A DNA stretch of 64,000 bases from Haliotis rufescens (lineage: Eukaryota), in contig NW_025963890.1 of assembly GCF_023055435.1 (NCBI RefSeq), positions 20,336,001 to 20,400,000 of the forward strand. The letters run 5' to 3'. Positions 63,801 to 64,000 of this stretch are shown one piece after another. The first letter of the stretch is position 1. Each line of letters opens with the position of its first letter. The position numbers were made by a program, and so were the translations under genes. The notes beneath the pieces are model-generated. The model was not told where the DNA came from, searched no databases, and worked only from the letters and a program-made list of their open reading frames with translations.

Positions 63801-63868
63801 TTATCAATGGGGTGAAGGTCAAGGTTACGCATGTTGTATTGATTGGCAGGAGCCATGAGAACATAGTC
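6717..63868 (-). CDS. LanA: Laminin subunit alpha, alpha3/5 (LanA/LAMA5-like); 5'-partial gene, 49 coding exons in window
   Basis: Manually spliced exons give a continuous 6930-nt frame with matching phases and GT(GC)-AG boundaries. Domain order: end of large globular domain, LE repeats ([31 protein letters not shown]), L4 ([18 protein letters not shown]), LE repeats, coiled coil, five LG domains ending ...DSCPVN*. Confidence 0.96.
7110..7232 (-). CDS. LanA: Laminin alpha exon 48 (LG5)
   Basis: LEVDG...[13 protein letters not shown]. Confidence 0.95.
7474..7573 (-). CDS. LanA: Laminin alpha exon 47 (LG5)
   Basis: ADNGMG...[10 protein letters not shown]. Confidence 0.94.
8073..8200 (-). CDS. 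LanA: Laminin alpha exon 46 (LG5)
   Basis: FKVGLD...[27 protein letters not shown]. Confidence 0.95.
8685..8838 (-). CDS. LanA: Laminin alpha exon 45 (LG4 to LG5)
   Basis: SFIGCLKNF...PCS...[13 protein letters not shown]. Confidence 0.94.
9268..10213 (+). mobile_element. Tc1-like DNA transposon, internally deleted
   Basis: TIRs tactctt..aaaagaaa with TA flanks; transposase remnants [50 protein letters not shown]. Confidence 0.88.
10363..10527 (-). CDS. LanA: Laminin alpha exon 44 (LG4)
   Basis: VSFSR...PYFVGGIP...NNLK. Confidence 0.94.
10685..10874 (-). CDS. LanA: Laminin alpha exon 43 (LG4)
   Basis: [10 protein letters not shown]...FNCGSG...YNDGEWHK. Confidence 0.95.
11005..11161 (-). 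CDS. LanA: Laminin alpha exon 42 (hinge to LG4)
   Basis: GQCALP...[14 protein letters not shown]. Confidence 0.93.
11363..11499 (-). CDS. LanA: Laminin alpha exon 41 (LG3 end and hinge)
   Basis: FVNFA...LAGCP...[12 protein letters not shown]. Confidence 0.9.
11881..14727 (-). mobile_element. DIRS-type tyrosine-recombinase retrotransposon relic 1 (gag-like region plus RT fragments, inverted termini)
   Basis: RT remnants [12 protein letters not shown]...LIFNMKLFN and [16 protein letters not shown]; imperfect ~60-bp inverted termini (11881-11942 vs 14667-14727); no YR visible, so internally deleted. Confidence 0.8.
15217..16319. mobile_element. MITE, Tc1/mariner-pogo type
   Basis: TIRs taccRtattttcttgagtaWagtgcRca, TA ends, subterminal tataatgcRcaccc repeats, no coding capacity. 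Confidence 0.8.
16522..16707 (-). CDS. LanA: Laminin alpha exon 40 (LG3)
   Basis: LTMNIDD...LYFGGLP...[11 protein letters not shown]. Confidence 0.95.
16720..16766. repeat. (AGTG)n microsatellite, ~11.5 units, probably a SINE tail
   Basis: Seen directly; same unit as family B tails. Confidence 0.92.
17011..17505. mobile_element. MITE with ~40-bp TIRs and 8-9 bp TSD
   Basis: TIR catcttccYgaggca.gggagttaact...ataaaagtcca; flanks ctgggtccc / ctgggtcct; related partial copies at ~700-1186 and ~51815-51985. Confidence 0.82.
17740..20880 (-). mobile_element. DIRS/PAT-like YR retrotransposon relic 2 (gag-like region plus YR fragments, direct repeats); ends approximate
   Basis: YR remnants [13 protein letters not shown]...[12 protein letters not shown] (~18520-18650) and HKVRAIAST...FGPLVVAQ (~18235-18345); GC-rich low-complexity gag-like region; direct repeats at 18004-18063, ~17760-17828 and 20726-20826. 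Confidence 0.72.
19204..19625. repeat. 209-bp tandem duplication inside relic 2
   Basis: Two highly similar copies starting at 19204 and 19413. Confidence 0.9.
21012..21157 (-). CDS. LanA: Laminin alpha exon 39 (LG3)
   Basis: [11 protein letters not shown]...[11 protein letters not shown]. Confidence 0.94.
21930..22076 (-). CDS. LanA: Laminin alpha exon 38 (LG3)
   Basis: IARVASF...ITFKMRT...LILYA. Confidence 0.93.
22265..22487 (-). mobile_element. Retroposon family A copy
   Basis: Same body and head. Confidence 0.85.
22652..22769 (-). CDS. LanA: Laminin alpha exon 37 (LG2), GC donor
   Basis: [10 protein letters not shown]...GVARGCPEQ|gcaagt. Confidence 0.9.
23306..23399 (-). CDS. LanA: Laminin alpha exon 36 (LG2)
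   Basis: [23 protein letters not shown]. Confidence 0.92.
23512..23837. mobile_element. Small TIR element; shorter relative at 8326-8399
   Basis: Inverted ends ttaggct...ttggttctcag / ctgagaaccaa...agcctta in both copies. Confidence 0.55.
24624..24964 (-). CDS. LanA: Laminin alpha exon 35 (LG2)
   Basis: [10 protein letters not shown]...[10 protein letters not shown]...NDGQWH...LKVDG. Confidence 0.96.
25224..25460 (-). mobile_element. Retroposon family A (structured non-tRNA head), full-length
   Basis: Perfect 12-bp TSD accagaagtgtg; (AAAC)n tail; 5' end GACCTGTGAAGATCC. Confidence 0.88.
25702..25826 (-). CDS. LanA: Laminin alpha exon 34 (LG1)
   Basis: [17 protein letters not shown]...LGLWNF. 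Confidence 0.93.
26049..29180 (-). mobile_element. DIRS-type retrotransposon relic 3 (RNase H and methyltransferase-like remnants, inverted termini)
   Basis: Remnants [15 protein letters not shown] (RNase H), DLFATSQN and a WAVNAL segment paralleling relic 4; inverted termini ttatcctRcattac...cttttgaca at ~26075-26125 and ~29135-29175, same family as relic 4. Confidence 0.75.
28256..28873 (+). mobile_element. HINE-like element nested in DIRS relic 3
   Basis: aacaag start, tatatcccc subterminal motif, ~3 diverged 160-167 bp units (ggcaccagttcag at 28416, 28583, 28744), ggggata end. Confidence 0.65.
29266..29413 (-). CDS. LanA: Laminin alpha exon 33 (LG1)
   Basis: IGKTGYLKI...FYVGGAP; acceptor is GAG. 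Confidence 0.9.
29661..30800 (+). mobile_element. Non-autonomous hAT element
   Basis: 14-bp TIR CAGGGGTCCGGAAA; perfect 8-bp TSD GACAGAAT (29653-29660, 30801-30808); internal remnant [16 protein letters not shown] typical of hAT N-termini. Confidence 0.9.
30966..31205 (-). mobile_element. Retroposon family A copy, diverged
   Basis: Same body; begins ~20 nt inside the donor of exon 32. Confidence 0.75.
31225..31355 (-). CDS. LanA: Laminin alpha exon 32 (LG1)
   Basis: [11 protein letters not shown]...FDLGSG...NDGQWH. Confidence 0.95.
31525..31838 (-). mobile_element. Retroposon family A copy with ~22-bp head module repeated about 4 times
   Basis: Imperfect 13-bp TSD tggtaggacaatg / tggaaggactatg. 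Confidence 0.85.
32218..32382 (-). CDS. LanA: Laminin alpha exon 31 (LG1)
   Basis: [13 protein letters not shown]...[14 protein letters not shown]. Confidence 0.95.
32625..32776 (-). CDS. LanA: Laminin alpha exon 30 (end of coiled coil)
   Basis: ...[14 protein letters not shown]. Confidence 0.93.
33042..36153 (-). mobile_element. DIRS1-type retrotransposon relic 4 with ~180-bp ITRs; gag zinc finger, MT domain and tyrosine recombinase; RT deleted
   Basis: ITRs ~33051-33234 and 35947-36153; Cys-rich gag start (DPHPRCFTC...CDFC, 35279-35485); MT motifs DLFAT and AYAFPP (34549-34920); YR motifs [32 protein letters not shown] (33590-34570), frameshifted. Confidence 0.92.
36255..36440 (-). CDS. 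LanA: Laminin alpha exon 29 (coiled coil)
   Basis: [13 protein letters not shown]...EGVQKQ. Confidence 0.87.
36606..36722 (-). CDS. LanA: Laminin alpha exon 28 (coiled coil)
   Basis: [10 protein letters not shown]...LRDLPS. Confidence 0.88.
37239..37332 (-). CDS. LanA: Laminin alpha exon 27 (coiled coil)
   Basis: [19 protein letters not shown]...YTKN. Confidence 0.87.
37797..38076 (-). mobile_element. Retroposon family A copy with internal deletion and ~26-bp head module repeated about 5 times
   Basis: gaagacctattc units at 37942-38060. Confidence 0.8.
38133..38271 (-). CDS. LanA: Laminin alpha exon 26 (coiled coil)
   Basis: [26 protein letters not shown] (conserved AANAY motif). Confidence 0.94.
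38447..39235. mobile_element. Probable MITE (Tigger-like ends)
   Basis: Imperfect inverted ends tacagtcatgtcccgttaatca / tgattaacatgacttgattata. Confidence 0.45.
39250..39512 (+). mobile_element. 3' fragment of a HINE-like element
   Basis: One core unit, GGAC/GGAT microsatellite and terminal hairpin tatacccc...ggggtata. Confidence 0.6.
39770..39927 (-). CDS. LanA: Laminin alpha exon 25 (coiled coil)
   Basis: [10 protein letters not shown]...EDQAEALD. Confidence 0.9.
40341..40457 (-). CDS. LanA: Laminin alpha exon 24 (coiled coil)
   Basis: [11 protein letters not shown]...SEDAFV. Confidence 0.9.
41624..41820 (-). CDS. LanA: Laminin alpha exon 23 (coiled coil)
   Basis: LNRSDQLQM...NDLAVLL. 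Confidence 0.88.
42415..42585 (-). CDS. LanA: Laminin alpha exon 22 (coiled coil)
   Basis: AVTDVNQVL...[14 protein letters not shown]...EAQK. Confidence 0.9.
42914..43898 (+). mobile_element. Helentron/HINE-like non-autonomous element carrying a 153-bp satellite
   Basis: Starts aacaag; subterminal atatcccccgc; ~5.5 x 153-bp units (42955-43797); GGAC/GTAC microsatellite; 3' hairpin tatcccccgc...gcgggggata. Confidence 0.75.
44098..44209 (-). CDS. LanA: Laminin alpha exon 21 (coiled coil)
   Basis: [15 protein letters not shown]...QEGS. Confidence 0.85.
44363..44467 (-). CDS. LanA: Laminin alpha exon 20 (coiled coil)
   Basis: PQVRNLYKN...AMTTLNR; cag/gtaagt. Confidence 0.88.
44850..45030 (+). 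mobile_element. Retroposon family A copy, opposite orientation, deleted
   Basis: cttcagcaacccatgcttg...gctggaatat...aaacaaacaaa. Confidence 0.8.
45086..45237 (-). CDS. LanA: Laminin alpha exon 19 (start of coiled coil)
   Basis: [13 protein letters not shown]...TIADLR (CxxC at start of long arm). Confidence 0.93.
45529..45666 (-). CDS. LanA: Laminin alpha exon 18 (LE)
   Basis: [24 protein letters not shown]...EVGCQ. Confidence 0.95.
46006..50480 (-). mobile_element. DIRS-type retrotransposon relic 5 (gag, RT, RNase H, YR; heavily decayed); ends approximate
   Basis: [20 protein letters not shown]...IMEGC (~46330-46450); [12 protein letters not shown] and LVSIDLQDT (~48080-48265); Cys-rich gag start (~50110-50270); ttatcctg motif near the left end; interrupted by a SINE at 47648-47819. 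Confidence 0.8.
47648..47819 (-). mobile_element. tRNA-derived SINE (family B), young full-length copy
   Basis: A box TAGCCTAGTGG, B box GGTTCGATTCC, (ACTC)n tail, perfect 13-bp TSD gggaactgataag. Confidence 0.93.
50682..50862 (-). CDS. LanA: Laminin alpha exon 17 (LE)
   Basis: [12 protein letters not shown]...[11 protein letters not shown]. Confidence 0.95.
51343..51443 (-). CDS. LanA: Laminin alpha exon 16 (LE)
   Basis: [33 protein letters not shown]. Confidence 0.94.
51815..51985. mobile_element. Partial inverted copy of the 17011-17505 MITE
   Basis: Reverse complement of 17260-17435 (tagtgccacca...ttgaccaa.cagattccacc...aaaatgg). Confidence 0.7.
52155..52366 (-). CDS. LanA: Laminin alpha exon 15 (LE)
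   Basis: CASGHYGNP...[20 protein letters not shown]...[11 protein letters not shown]. Confidence 0.95.
52525..52851 (-). mobile_element. tRNA-derived SINE (family C, Meta-core-like)
   Basis: A/B boxes (TGATCTAGTGG, GGTTCGATCCC), core ACCAAAAGACGTTAAAA...GCTCAGCATTAAGGG, 10-bp TSD ccagtggctg. Meta-core assignment is from memory. Confidence 0.85.
53105..53191 (-). CDS. LanA: Laminin alpha exon 14 (LE)
   Basis: [28 protein letters not shown]. Confidence 0.93.
53285..53418. repeat. Imperfect inverted repeat (MITE-like), ~38-bp arms
   Basis: attacctgtgtcattagcagagtatacaggattttatg vs cataaaatcctggacactccgctaataacacatgtaat. Confidence 0.7.
53444..53617 (-). mobile_element. tRNA-derived SINE (family B), young full-length copy
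   Basis: Nearly identical to 47648-47819; perfect 12-bp TSD catgttcacaag. Confidence 0.93.
53935..54053 (-). CDS. LanA: Laminin alpha exon 13 (LE)
   Basis: [14 protein letters not shown]...[10 protein letters not shown]. Confidence 0.95.
54237..54350 (-). CDS. LanA: Laminin alpha exon 12 (LE)
   Basis: ECAPGYYR...[21 protein letters not shown]. Confidence 0.95.
54405..55801. repeat. 44-bp minisatellite, block 1 (~32 copies)
   Basis: Unit cagtattctRctccWgtgggaggctWgagWtaaccacaacacta. Confidence 0.97.
56325..57502. repeat. 44-bp minisatellite, block 2 (~27 copies)
   Basis: Same unit; runs to within 3 nt of exon 11. Confidence 0.97.
57506..57614 (-). CDS. LanA: Laminin alpha exon 11 (L4 to LE)
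   Basis: LSEVQLEAA...[17 protein letters not shown]. Confidence 0.95.
57955..58076 (-). CDS. LanA: Laminin alpha exon 10 (L4)
   Basis: [33 protein letters not shown]. Confidence 0.93.
58068..58305. repeat. 37-bp minisatellite (~6.3 copies) spanning a splice acceptor
   Basis: Unit ttgtactggaaccacatagcaagtcatatagatgaaa starting at 58072, 58109, 58146, 58183, 58220, 58257, 58294 (partial). Confidence 0.95.
58508..58591 (-). CDS. LanA: Laminin alpha exon 9 (L4)
   Basis: [28 protein letters not shown]. Confidence 0.92.
58698..58805 (-). CDS. LanA: Laminin alpha exon 8 (L4)
   Basis: [12 protein letters not shown]...SDVILV. Confidence 0.94.
59224..59373 (-). CDS. LanA: Laminin alpha exon 7 (L4)
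   Basis: VTQMNNW...[13 protein letters not shown]. Confidence 0.94.
59979..60119 (-). CDS. LanA: Laminin alpha exon 6 (LE to L4)
   Basis: [11 protein letters not shown]...[17 protein letters not shown]. Confidence 0.95.
60455..60599 (-). CDS. LanA: Laminin alpha exon 5 (LE)
   Basis: [13 protein letters not shown]...ARCICK. Confidence 0.95.
60887..60957 (-). CDS. LanA: Laminin alpha exon 4 (LE)
   Basis: [23 protein letters not shown]. Confidence 0.93.
61202..61332 (-). CDS. LanA: Laminin alpha exon 3 (LE)
   Basis: [17 protein letters not shown]...LIGCQ. Confidence 0.95.
63427..63632 (-). CDS. LanA: Laminin alpha exon 2 (LE)
   Basis: [11 protein letters not shown]...[12 protein letters not shown]. 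Confidence 0.95.
63753..63868 (-). CDS. LanA: Laminin alpha exon 1 of 49 in window (end of globular domain)
   Basis: [10 protein letters not shown]...ECVNDGFEL; AG/GT flanks. Confidence 0.9.
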
Positions 63869-64000
63869 CTGAAAGAAAAAGAGTGGTAAGCTCAAATAGG
63901 TACATTGAAGGAAGGACAGCAAGAACACAGAAAATTAATTTGGAAACTTTAATCAATAAATAAACATCTGTTAACAAGAAAATAATTCACTTGTCCTCCA

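Overview
Eukaryotic (animal) genomic DNA, AT-rich, probably molluscan judging from the repeat families (inference). Most of the window is the 3' portion of a laminin alpha chain gene of the alpha3/5 (LanA) type on the minus strand. I traced 49 coding exons by hand between 63868 and the stop codon at 6717-6719 (6930 nt, about 2309 aa, all exon phases consistent). They encode LE repeats, an L4 domain, more LE repeats, the coiled coil and LG1-LG5, and include one GC-AG intron. The last two exons of a CFAP95/C9orf135 homologue lie convergently on the plus strand (1326-2359). The introns hold five decayed DIRS/PAT-type tyrosine-recombinase retrotransposons (all sense to the laminin gene), Tc1, hAT and MITE DNA elements, Helentron/HINE-like elements carrying satellites, two tRNA-derived SINE families, and 44-bp and 37-bp minisatellites at splice sites. 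A third retroposon family (at least 7 copies) has no tRNA head and begins with a roughly 75-nt sequence that folds by eye into a pseudoknotted structure. This is the best candidate here for an uncharacterised functional RNA, but it is untested.
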